Source: Takakia lepidozioides (Eukaryota; Plantae; Bryophyta). From it: a stretch of DNA of 64,000 bases. The position numbers and the translations under genes were made by a program. Numbering within the stretch: position 1 is the stretch's first letter; the number at the start of each line of letters is the position of its first letter. The stretch lies in NCBI GenBank assembly GCA_030704615.1, contig CM060731.1, positions 88,288,001 through 88,352,000 on the forward strand, read 5' to 3'. This document shows positions 24,476 to 43,023 of this stretch, one piece after another. The notes beneath the pieces are model-generated. The model was not told the DNA's origin and made no database searches. It was given only the letters and a program-made list of their open reading frames with translations.

Positions 24476-27400
24476 ATGTCCTCTCTTGTGGTCTCTTATA
24501 GCCCGCTTCCTGCTGACAGCCATAGGTGTTTCCAGCAATCTCAGGTAGTGAGGATAGTGCTTCCAACTGTAGGCAGGAGGGGCGTTACATGGAGTAGGAC
24601 AAGGTCAGAGTGTTTCTCGGAGGAAGCAGGGTACATGGCTCGCAGGGTGCCGCAGCTGCATGGCACACTTTTCAAGTACGGGTCCAAGCCTATTCAGGTA
24701 ATCCATCTTTCTCCCTTTCTTCGTCGTTAGATTGTTTCTTCCCCACCATCTTCATTCTTTGCTTGTGATGAACACATTGGTAAAGCTGGAAAATTGACAA
24801 ATCCGCTCCAGCTAAGCGTTATTATATGAGTTAAGGACAGCCTTCACTATCTTCTTCATTTCTTTCTGCTCTGCCTGTCATGATTCGTTGGCCACAAATT
24901 AGTAGTACACTGGATTTAATGCCATTTGGTATCTCAGAATTCCTTTGTCAATATATACAGAAGTTGGTAATGAAGAAAAGCATATTTCCTTCTGAATGGC
25001 CGAAACGAGAGTCTTCAATACTTCAGGAAGCTATATCCATCAAAGGATTGTGATGTTTTTCTTATCTTTATATCAAGACACAACTGGCTCGGAGACGATT
25101 TAGGCAGCCAACGCTGGCTCTCACTCTGCCACTTTCAACATTGAAAAAGACAAGGAAGAACTCGGTAAATATTGTCGATTGTTTATCCTGCAGAGAGGCC
25201 TCTCTTTTATGCTCAGATTTTATTACTGTCAGGGCCAATTATCCCAACTGCCTGGTCGCCCTAGATCATTTGAAACAGAAAAGAAGAGCTTCACTTCGTG
25301 CATTAAAAGTAGCTTTTAGAGTTTCACCAAAGATTTTTTGACTAAATGATTGGTGGCTTCAACTGTCTGCTTTCATAGGTCTTCTCAGTTGGGCTGGTCT
25401 GTGACACAGAGGGACGGAGAGAGTGAGAAATGAAAGGTAGTGCTGGGAATTGCTATGTACCTGATACACTGAGCTCTTCCACCTCCATTTATACAGACCA
25501 GTGGATGAAAATTTTGTGGTCTAGCAGCTGCAATTTGTGGGAAAGGATGAGGGAAGAGAAGTACTGGTGGATATAGCAAGTATCAACTGTTTCCTGTGTT
25601 GTATGGGACGTTGGAAGAGAGGTCGTTGTACATATGCTGGAAGAGAAAGAAAAGAAAAGTTGTTGTATTAAATCAATGGTTGGCCCTTTTCCTTATGTCA
25701 GTCTGAATGACTAGGAAGATAGAGAGGAGCAAGGGGTCTTGCTAAGAGACATGGTTGCATGTATGAAGGTGGCATTTCGGACTGGAGATTTCAAGCAGCA
25801 AGTGATCTTCATAGGGGGCCTCACTGATGGATTACTCGCTACTGAGTAAGGATTTTTCTCTCTAGCACTCTTTGGACATCAACTTCTCTTAATCAAGTGT
25901 CTTAATATATTTTGTATAATCTTATAGTAAATACTGAACAGGGGTTTCCAAATCGTGTCAAAGATAAAGTCATCTATCTGTAGGGACTAGTCACATGGTA
26001 ATGAGAGAGGACCCTGCTACTGGTTCCCCCTGGAAATCATGTAGACATTATATTCAAATCACCCTAGACAAACATGAATCTTTGTTGACCTGTTGACACT
26101 AGGTACATAGATCCGCTAGCCAGTGCCTTGCAAGAAGAGAAGTGGTCACTGGTGCAGCCTCTATTGTCATCATCCTACATTGGCTTTGGCACCTCAAGTC
26201 TCAAAGAGGTACTTTTCCTGGTTCTCCCTATGGTATTTTGCAACCTGGAAGTGTAATTGTCATATAGCAGGTGGATGTGTATGTAGAGAGATGGAGAGGA
26301 ACTTGGAGAGACCGAGGAAGAGCAGGAGGGAGAAGGGATGGGGCATTAGACATGGGTGTTGGGCTGAGAGAGATGTACTCAGTTGAGGTTGCCTGCACTA
26401 GGGTTGTGGCCAATAGCCATACACCCTGTAGCCAATTTTGATGGTGTCATCATCTGCAAACATGAGGGCTGGTATGGTGGCATCACCCACCCTTAACCCA
26501 AATCCCTCACTTTCCACATCCTCGAGGAGTTGATTGATGAAAACATTGAACAGCAGAGGGGAGAGGGTACATCCTTGAGCTACACCTTGGTCTATGTCAA
26601 AGAAGTTAGACTTCTGTCCATTAACTGTGACACAGCTTTTGGTGTGAGCATACAAGTTATGGACCACTCTCCACATCTTTCCCTTGATCCCAGATGACCT
26701 TCTTTTTTTCCTTCCCTGGATAATCTGGCTTAGAGTGAAGATATGATCCACACAGCCCCTGTTTCTCCGAAAGTCAGCTTGGCCTTCATGGAAACAACCT
26801 CTAGACCCTGATCAACTTCGAGACGAGTACTTATAACTCTGCAAAATATTTTGCCAACTGCATTGGGAAGCGTGATGCCTCGATAGTTTCCCGGCTCTTT
26901 TCTGTCACCTTTCTTGTGTAGATTGATAATGGCCCCCTGTCGGCGAAAGGGGATCATTTCAATTCTCCAGATAAGGTTAAAGAAAAGTACAAGGGCCTCT
27001 ATCGTGGGGTCGCCACCGTGCTTGATAAGCTCGTTGACTATGCCATCAGGTCCACTAGCTTTATGTCTGTTTAAATGCTCAATTACTTCCACAATCTCAG
27101 AAGAACTAATGGGAGCGTTGTAACCCTTTGAAATATACTCCAGCTCATCAGGGCTCTCTTGATTCGTAGGAACAGTTTTTGCAGTTGTATCCTTCCATTC
27201 TTCAGAAGACCCCTCACTGTTAGACCTATAATTTCTGCCAAGGAATCTGTAGTGAGTTTCAAAGATTTTGACAATGTCAACCGTTGAAGTCACCACTGCA
27301 CCCTTAGTAGTCCTCAGCGCTTGTACTTGCTGACAATTTGGGCCTTGTACAGATGTTGAAGGGCCATCTCTTATCATTACCACCATGGTGGTTTGAGTTT

Positions 27401-30400
27401 ATTTCACTGTATAACTTGTCCCAATATAATTTCTTCTCAGACCTTACAAGCTGATTGATATCTTTGCGGATCTGCAGTACATAGCCCACAATTCTTTGTT
27501 GACTTTCAAATTGCAGCCCTCTTTATATAGAACTCGTCTCTCCACTATCTTGAGTTTGATCTCATTGGTCCACCAATTAACAGCTCTGCCACAGACAATT
27601 AGTTTCCTCCCAATGATCTTGTCAGCCACAGAGGAGACGAAACTCTCCCAAGAATCCACCGCTCTTTCGACTTCATTTCTTGCATTGCCAGAGCGAGACT
27701 GAAGATCTTGGAGCGAATGGACAAATTGAGCGAGAGCCTCTTGCAAGGCCTGGACATACTCAGCCTTGACCTCTTCATTTTGGAATTTTTCTATGCGCCA
27801 CTTCGGAATCGAACATTTCACAGATCTCTTGGTGAAACACCTTTTGATCTCCGTCCAAACCAGGAAGTGGTCAGAGGTATTCTGTCAATCAAGGCATTGG
27901 CACTCTGGGAAAACAAATTCTTGTCCACTATGATATAATCCACAATGGATCGTTTTCCAATTTGGGCTTCTCACGAGTCCACTGCACTAGGTCTCCTTTT
28001 GACCTATTATTCAAGGTCAAGAGTGAAGTTCTTCCAGACAGTTTATTAACCATCTTCCATTAGAATTCAGCTTCTCCTCACCAATAGGCCCAATGGTATC
28101 ATCCTGATGAAGACCTTTACCCACCCGGGCATTGAGGTCACCCGATAAGACCACCTGACCTTTGGCAAGGAACTTAGCACAGTCCAGCTTTACGTCTTCG
28201 AAGGCTTTGTCTGCATCAGCACTAAGGGTCCCCTCTGTGGGCATGTAAACACAACCCACAAATAGGTCCTTCCTACTCACACCGCCCTTCAATTTCTGTT
28301 TCAGCCAGATACAGTGCTCACACTGCAAACCCTTGTTGACAATTTCACAATTTCACACAAGAAATCACGGACAAAGATGCCAACGCCTTTTTGACCATGC
28401 TTGGCAGAGGCCGCCCTCAGTGCACACATCTTACCAAACCACTTGTAACCATTGACATCTCCAACCAGTTTGTCCGAAGTTTCCCATGTCTCTTGCCCTG
28501 CACAGATATGAATACCATTTGCCTGAAGAACTTGTCCCACTTCAAATTGTTTCGTTTGGTTAGTCAGCCCCGAGAAGATGAAGGTGCCCAGAAGCCGCCC
28601 CTTTGCATATGGATTGTTTGCCGTCTAGGTAGCCTATGATTGCTCCTGGACTGCCAACCGATCTGCAACGGGGGGTCAATTACCCTGTGTGGAGATTTTG
28701 CTCGTCTTGTGTAAACTTTAACGATAAATAACCATGCAGAGTACCATATCCTTCAGTCACAGGACGCTCAGACTCAGCACACATAGGGCCAGCTAGTCTG
28801 TCTGGCTGCTTGGTATCAACCTCCTCCAGGGCATCAAACCGGTTAGAAACTTTCAACTTGAAGTTCCCACCCCTTGGTTGTCTTCCTAGAGCGCCTCATT
28901 GAATCACCAATGTCTAAGACCACTCTTCAGCCAGTCAAGGGACGAAGTTCTTTGAAATTGATTTGATGTGAGATTCTATTTGTAGCATTTTTAGACATTG
29001 AAACCTTCAAAGTGCCTCTGTTATCAAGTGTCGAGATGGTGCCATTAGCCACATAATCCAAGTCTAAGCTGGAGCAGGTAATTTTAAAGAACACATCGTC
29101 CATCCTGGGATTCACCCCAAAAACTACACAAGAAGCCCTAGATTGGCATAGGTAACCATTTCCCAGGAATCACCCTGGGGAGTGTTGTTATTGTCATGGC
29201 AAATTAAATTGATTTGATTTCGCAGGCTATAAGCTTAAGCACAAGGACCAACCCTAGCCCAAGTGCTGAGCATGCTAGTCAGAGCACACAACTGCCCATT
29301 TTGGGTGGAGGGGCGGCCCCTGAGCGGTAGGGGTCTGCTTGTTACCAATCAGAGATCACACTCCAAAGGAGCTGCAGGGAATGGCCCACGTAGACATATA
29401 AAGAGGGAGAGGCCCCAAACTCTCCAACTAAATCCAATGCACTACCTTACCTAACGCAGAGTGCTTCAGGTCAAAACAAACAAAGACACGAGGTCACAAG
29501 GCCGGCATTTAGTCAAACAGACATTTATCTCCTCCCATATCAAGTCCACCCAATGGCAACTGGGCAGGGAGCTCCTGGTGAAAAAGAGAGAGCTATATAG
29601 GGCTAGTCATGTCAAGACTAAAAAAGATTTAGTCTGAATCAGACTGCTTCTTTTACTTCAAGACATCATCAACCTTGAAACAAGGCCCCATCAACAAACT
29701 CCAGTAGCAAACAGTTACGTACAGATCAAGTGAAAAAGAGAGAGAGAATGTACTCATAAGACGACGTTTGCCGTAGCTTTGTGGCCATTGACCCCGCGCC
29801 CAGTTTGAGCGGAACACAAAGGGACAGAACCTACCTCTGTCAGGGGCTGACGTTGGTAGTAAGACTTACCTTGGTATAAAGCATTGATCCGGGTTTTCCA
29901 GATATCCTCTAGAAATCCCTTCACACAAGCATCAATCTGCTGTGTGTGGTTTGCCCAGTAACTAAGCCCCAGAAGGGCTGGGGCTTTTGGCTCAGCCTCG
30001 AGACTTTCAAAGTTGGTAAACAGAGGTACAGGCACAATTCCCTTGATAGATTTGAGGAGAGCGTCTCTCTGGTGAGAGAACCCCAGACAGTGAATCAGGA
30101 AATGAATATTGTCTTCAGGTTGCCCACACAACGGGCAATTGCACTCTCCCTTTCCTCTCTGCTTCTGTTTGCTGTTCAAAGGTAGGCTTCCTGCCCTGAG
30201 TTTAAATTTCAGTCTAGTGCCGAGAGTGGGTAGACCCTTGAGGTCATCCATGATGTCCTCCCCCATGTCACAGACTGGAAACAAGTTCAGGGAAGTTTTC
30301 TGCCTAACTTCATTTTCATCAGACAATTTCATGGCAACAGACATGGCTTTGGACACTACACTCTCTAAGTCAGATTTATCCAGCAGGGTCAAGACTTGCG

Positions 30401-33400
30401 GGTCCAGATCCAGATCCTTGACAATCTTCTACTCTCTTCTACTCTCTTCTCAATCAGCTTGTCTCAGAAGAAACTATATTGGGATAAGTTATACGGGGAA
30501 ATAAACTCAAACCACCACGGTGGTAATGACAAGAAATTCTGGTTGGCCCTTCAACGTCTGTACAAGCCGAAAAATTGTCAGCAAGTACAAGCGCTGAGGA
30601 CCCCTAAGGGTGCAGTGGTGACTTCAACGGCTGACATTGTCAACACCTTTGAAACCCACTATAGTACACTTGGCAGAAATTCTAGTTCTAGCAGCGAGGG
30701 GTTTTCTGAAGAATGGAATGACACAGTAGAAAGAACTGTGTCTATGATTCAAGACAGCCCTGATGAACTGGAGTATATTTCAAAGGGTTATAACGCTCCC
30801 ATTAGTTCCTCTGAGATTGCGGAAGCAATTGAGCATCTAAACGGATACAAAGCTGGTGGCCCTGATGGCATTGTCAATGAGCTTATCAAGCATGGTGGTG
30901 ACCCTATGATAGAGGCCCTTGTTCTTCTCTTTAACCTTATATGGAGGACTGAAATTACCCCCTTTCGCTGGCGGCAGGGGGTCATTGTCAATTTATATAA
31001 GAAACAGAGAAGAGCCGGGTAACTATCGGGGCATCACGCTTCTTAATGCAGTTGGCAAGATATTCTGCAGAGTTGTAAGTACTCGTCTCGAGGTTGATCT
31101 GGAGTCCAGAGGTTGTTTCCATGAAGGCCAAGCTGGCTTTCGTCGAAACAGGGGCTGTGTGGATCATATCTTCACACTCAGCCAGATTATCCAGGGAAGG
31201 AAAAAAGAAGGGAAACCTACTTTTGTCTTTTTCTTGGATGTCAAAAAGGCCTATGACACTGTGTGGAGAGACGGTCTATGGCTCCGACTCTGGTCTTCCG
31301 GGATCAAGGGAAAGATGTGGAGAGTGGTCCATAACTTGTATGCTCACACTAAAAGCTGTGTCACTGTAAATGGACAGAAGTCTAATTTCTTTGACATAGA
31401 CCAAGGTGTAGCTCAAGGATGTACCCTCTCCCCTCTGCTCTTCAATGTTTTCATCAATCAACTACTGGAGGATGTGGAAAGTGAGGGATTTGGGTTAAGG
31501 GTGGGTGATGCCACCATACCAGCCCTTATGTTTGCGGATGACTTCGCAGGCATAGGGGAGACTCCTTCCAACCTCCAGGGGCTGATAGATTGTGCGAAGA
31601 GATACTTTGGGGGCTAGAGGCCAATGTCAGTAAATGCGCAGTGGTGGCATTCAATGACCGGGGGGAAGGAGGAGGCGATCTCAAGTGGCAGTGGGGAAGC
31701 CAAGAGATCCCTGTTCTCCCCTCCTACACCTATCTTGGCGTTGAGTTTTCCTCCAACTGTAATTGGGAAGCACATATTCAAAGAGTGGTTCAATCTGGCA
31801 AACGCAAAGTGCTGGGTCTCACTATATTTTTCCACTGCAGAGGGATCAACTCTGAAGTAAGAAAAACCATGCTTTGCCGCGTTATCAGGCCGGCCTTGGA
31901 GTATGCATCTGCTGTATGGGTTGATAACTCCAACCAGGCTAAGTCTCTTGAATCCATCCAAGTCGGGGTGCTCAAGGAGTGCATGTCAGCATGCTCCAAA
32001 ACAGCTAATGTGGCTGTTCGGGGTGGGTTTGGCATTCCTCCCTTAAGCTCTCGACGCGATGAATTCAAAATCAGATGGTGGGGTCAGCTGAAACGTATGG
32101 CTAATACCAGATATCCTAAGTTAATCGACTTTATATCTTGGAAGCAGGACCGCCCTGTCAAACAGGCTAAATCCTGGCGGAAAAGGGTAGAAGAGATTTT
32201 CAAGGATCTGAATCTTAGTCCACTAGCCATGACCCTGCTGGATAAATCTGGATTAGAAGCTGAAGTTTCCGAAGCCATGTCTATTGCCAGGAAATTGTCT
32301 GAAGAAAATGAAGTTAGGCAGAAAACTTCCCTCAACCTGTTTCCAGTCTGTGATATGGGTGAGGCCATCATGGATGACCTCAAGGGTCTACCCACCCTCG
32401 GCACTAGACTGAAATTCAAACTCAGGGCGGGTAGCCTACCTTTGAACAACAAACAGTCGCAGAGAGGAAAGGGGGATTGTAAGTGCTCGTTGTGTGGGCA
32501 ACCTGAAGACAATATTCACTTCCTGATTCATTGTCCTGGGTACTCTCACCAATGGGACACCCTCTTCCATTCCATCAAGGAAATTGTGCCTGTACCTCTG
32601 TTTAACAACTTTGAAAATCTTGAGGCTGAGCCAAAAGCCCAGGCCCTTTTGGGGTCTAGCTATTGGGCAAATCACACACATCAGATTGATGCTTGTGTGA
32701 AGGGATTTCTGGAGGATATATGGAAATCTCGGATCAACTGTTTATTCCAAGGTAAATCATACTACTGGCGTCAGCCCCTGACAAAGGTAGTTTCTGTCCC
32801 TTTATGTTCCGTTCAAACTGGGCGCGGGGTCAATGGCCACAAGGCTACGGCAAACAATGTCTTATGAGTACAATCTCTTCTGCCAGGACTTAGCCTGAGA
32901 AAAGAGAGAGAGAGAGAGAAAGAAACTCTCCAGAGGAGGCCCAGGCAGAAAGAAGTGGCACAAGTAGAACAACTGAAACTAAAGAACAAACCATTGCTCC
33001 AATGTTGCATTAAGGCGGAGTGCCTCCTTTGCCATGGAAAGGAATTGAATGTTGATCTACTGGCCGGCATTGACTTCCTACCAGAAAGCACGCACTGCAA
33101 ATAGGGCAGGGAGGAAGAGAGACGTCGTTGGAACAGGTGGAGCATATCTATATATTGACCTAGAGAAGGGGAGGTAGAGAAGGAAGATAGAGACAGAAAG
33201 GGACGGGTCTTCCTGCATGCTCATTTTTGTGTTTAACCAATAAAATCATGCTTGTTGTGGTGTGTGCTTAGGACGCACTTGAGATAGAGAAACTCATCAA
33301 TTACTTGATCTATGAAGAAGAATCTCAGGGTGTGTTTCTGATCGGCCACAGTACTGGCTGTCAGGTGAATTGTCCTTGAAGTTTGAGTGTTTGAGTAGGT

Positions 33401-35920
33401 TCAAATAAATCTCACAGTTATTTTGTTCTGGCATTGCTTTTCCAGGTAGACAATTGCATGAAGACCAGGGCAGGCCTGTCCGTTAGCTACTAAAAAAATA
33501 TCTTTTTTCTTCCTCTTTGGAGGTGGGGAGAGAGGACAGTGCTGTGGGATTTTGGAAATTTTGCCGCATGGATGGTAGAAAGTTCAAAGACCACAAGATC
33601 CAATATGATTCATTGATATGGTTGTCCTTACTCCACAGTCTAGGCCTTGTCAATGCCGGGCATCCTGGAAGGTGGGGCAGGTGCTGGTTATGTATGTTGA
33701 TACCTTCAGTCGTGTCGGAACTACAGGATATTGTGCACTACTTGCGAACTGGGGGACATTGTTCAAGGGCAGTGCGAGGTGCTATCCTCCAGGTGCTATC
33801 CTTTTCTGCCTGCCTTCCAAGACTCTTTGCACCCTGTTGATGTTAGTTGTCAATGTCGTCCACCAGGGGAAGAGCATGCTGTCCATAGGCACATACGGGA
33901 GTTTGTAGCAAGTGGAGTTTGATAATCGTTTGAATTCAGTTTTTATGTGAGATTAATGAGCCTTTTTCCACCAAATGCAATACGTATCTGTTATTCAGGC
34001 ACCAGTTAGTGACAGAGAGTATCGGGCGACATTACCTGAGACCCAGGCTATGCTTGAATTGGCTGAAAGCATGATAAAGGAGGGCAGAGGCATGGATCTG
34101 ATGCCACGTGAAGCCAGTCCTGAGGCACCCATCAGTGCCTACAGGTACTTTTGAGACCACGAAGTGGTTCTTCTCTTCTTTTTGTCTCACTAGTGGTCCA
34201 AAGTCAATTTTTCTCCTTCCATGTTCCTTTGTTTGTTGGCCCTTACACCGGGTTAGGGTAGGACTGCATTGCACTGGCATGTCCAATACGGGTAACATCG
34301 CCCTAGTAGCTATCCAAAATCTCCTATCCAAAAATTGTTGGCATTGACCAGATAGTGCCCAGATAGCCACTATCAGATAGAGATACCTGGATTACTATGC
34401 TTATTTCAAACTTGGGCCGCATAGAGCAATCTAATAGCTATCCAATATGCGTTACTATTTGGAGGCGATTTTAGGCTAAAGAAATGCTCTGCCACATGAA
34501 AAAATAACTGTTTTGGGTAAAATAACTTCTTATGGGGATTCTCCAAGAAGGACCTGACAATCTTTAGTTATCTGCCTCTTTTTTGCAGTTTCTCAGATAG
34601 CAGAGCTGGCCTGTCGGAGCCCCTTGACCAGGCTTAACCCTGGGTTAGCCCAGGGATACCCATTACCCCCATGTGGCCATCAGATAGGGGAGACATGTTG
34701 ATAGTGGCAGTTATCTTCCCTGTGTGGCCCTCCCTTTTGTCCAAATTAGGTTGTTGCTCAGGGTACTAGGCTTTGGCAAGGAGTCTATCTCTCTTTCCTC
34801 TCTACACTGTACCAAAGGCCAAAATTGAATCTCCTAAATCTCTATGTTGCGTTGATTGTGGTGGTGAAGGTATCACTCACTCACTGCATATTTGGGAGAT
34901 GATGACTTGTTTAGCTCCGATTTGAGCGATGCGCAGTTGCGAAATAGACTGGGCCACATGTCCAGGGTGGCTTGTCAGGTTGTCTGTTTGAGCTTTATTG
35001 GACTTCTGTATGTATGCTGTACAAAGCATTCCAGAATTTTGATGTGTAAATTGTGAAGGTACCCTGGGTTTGGCTATGTTCAACATTATTTCTGGCCATC
35101 ATTTTAAGTTGAACGTTCCCTCAATCGTGTTTTGTCATTCTCTTTCTCCTCTCCCCCCCTCCCCTCGAAATCCAGTCTCTTGCAGGCTGTGAGATTCTGA
35201 AACACTCTACCACTGTGGGTGCTGTAGGTCATATTCTCAATGGCTGACGAATATGTGCCGGAGCATGTGGATAAAGTCAACTTGATTAAGCGGTATGCAG
35301 ACTTCAAACTGTAATTTGTTGTGGCTGCAATGTTTTGATCTCGTGTGCAAATTTGTATATGCATGCTGGACACTTTCACTGACAGATTTTCCTTTGCATT
35401 TTCATGATGGGTTGGAAAAGTGCGTGGCCCGTCCCTTCTGTCTTTCATCCTAGAGTCTTCTAACCCTTTGTATTGGCCCATTCATGAGGCACAGTTGATG
35501 AGATATATTGAATGCAACAGTTCATGTTTAAGGTGCACAGTATCCTGCTGGCTTGTTTCTTGGTCTAGAGGACTGGTCCTAGGTGCTGTGTTTGGCTTAT
35601 TCTCCCGAGAGTGTATCATGCGCTTGCGCTTGCCATGGCACTATGGTATTCCACGCCCAGTGGGAATGATCAGAGAGAAGAGAGAGCTGTGACAGTGCTG
35701 GAGATTGCTGTATGCTCGAAGAGGGATCTAAGGAGTATTTTGCAGTATTTATATGTAGTGTGGTTTTTGCAGATTATGTGAGGCCATGGGAGGTGCCGAG
35801 AAGGTGGCCATTCCATGGGGAAATCACAGCTTGTCTAACCGTGTTCAGGAGGCAGTGTGTTCCATGGTTGACTTTGTAAGGAGGGAAGGCCCAAAGGGAT
35901 GGGATGATCCGTGGCATTAA
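24476..35920 (+). CDS. DUF1749/UPF0613 alpha/beta-hydrolase family protein, 9 exons
   Basis: Exons 24476 (or 24635)-24697, 25769-25845, 26103-26208, 33272-33364, 33727-33792, 33999-34144, 34870-34978, 35228-35292 and 35773-35920, all GT-AG and in frame. Motifs: FIGGLTDG, GHSTG nucleophile, QAPVSDRE, DDDLFSSDL, GNHSL and EGPKGWDDPW. Confidence 0.93.
26445..28895 (-). mobile_element. Degenerate LINE (APE endonuclease plus partial RT) in intron 3
   Basis: VSNRFDAL, AGQETW, GDLNARVG, KASGPDGI, NYRGITL, GVAQGCTLSPLLF and MFADD. Confidence 0.9.
29725..30445 (-). mobile_element. LINE 3' end fragment with (TC)n tail
   Basis: ORF 29754-30392 is similar to the C-terminus of 31590-32867 and contains CPLCGQPEDNIHFLIHC. 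Confidence 0.88.
30450..32925 (+). mobile_element. 5'-truncated LINE (RT plus C-terminal CCHC)
   Basis: KAGGPDGI, QAGFR, FLDVKKAYD, QGCTLSPLLF, FADD, YTYLGV, RPALEYAS and CSLC..HFLIHC; (GA)n at ~32900. Confidence 0.92.
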
Positions 35921-37223
35921 TTTATGGGTAATTTGCTGCTGCCATACCATTGAGGAGGATGATTATGCTTGTTGACAATCTGTCTGTCAGGCTCTCTTTG
36001 ATAAAGAGTACTGCCGCCGTAAGTGTGTGTCAAATGTATCCTTCACTGTTTCTTTGCTGTCAAGCCATGGAGCCATGGTAAACTTTCCAGGAGGATTGGT
36101 AAACCTTCCAGGAAAATTTTCCATGGTTTGAGCAGAGTCATACCCTATTTACATGGGCATCTTTGCAAACTAGCTGTGTTTTGGAAGGTGCTTTCTCCAA
36201 ATGAACTCTTTTCTTAGTGCTTTTGTTGATGCAAAATTTAATTGTTTATTTGCAGATCACTTTTATGTGTAATCCATATCTGGACAATACGTGTATGGGT
36301 TCAAGACTACAATTCAATTTCATTACATGGACAGTACAATGCAAGTTTGCACACCAGCTTATGGGATACTAGGATGGACGACAAGCTATGATTGATAATA
36401 ACCACAACAGAAGTTTTACATTTGTGTCTGACATGTGGCTGAAACTATGGCCATCACCCCAACAGTCACAGCTTTTTTCAGATGCTGGACATGAGATAGG
36501 TTCACCAATTTTCAGTAGTCCAATTTGAACTGTGGAACTCTCCAACAAATTAAAGATTGCAGCAAAATCACCTCAATATAAATTCTCAACAGCACTGTCA
36601 CACAGCAGCTATATTTCTGAAGACAAGGATCCAACATTGTGCAACATGGCTTCACTGCATTAACTACCAAGGTCATCAAACGTGTTAGTTGGATGGTTGC
36701 ATAAGGGATGCAAATCTTGGCCAAATGTTCAAATCTTGGCGCCCCATAACTATGTCATTGAAGAGGCAGCCCTATTCAAGTATTGACACCAAAGTCTCTC
36801 ACAACATATTCCACATGCCAGCAAAAGCACAAAAAAATTACCCAAAAGGAGAGAATACCAGACATAAACTGACCGAAGGCAGGGGCCTCAAGAAGGTGGG
36901 CTACCCGAGTACTATTTTAGGTTTGACAATCTAACTTGAGGATGATCTCTTTGCACAAATAATCTTATTTCCGCAATATGAGTTGATAACCTAACATAAT
37001 GGTCCAGTTTGTTACTCTTGAATATTTTTCACGTTAAGGACTGCAAAACGTTTTCCTGCAGTGTGTTCATTGAGGCCACCACTCTGTTCACCATAGGTGG
37101 GAAGAATGTACCAGCGAGGTTCAAGGGAGGAAAACTTGCTGCAATTGATAGAGAGCATACATACACAAAACTGCTCGGAACAAACAAGTAACTACTGACA
37201 ACAGAGTAAGCCAATAGAAATGC

Positions 37224-43023
<5,800 letters not shown>

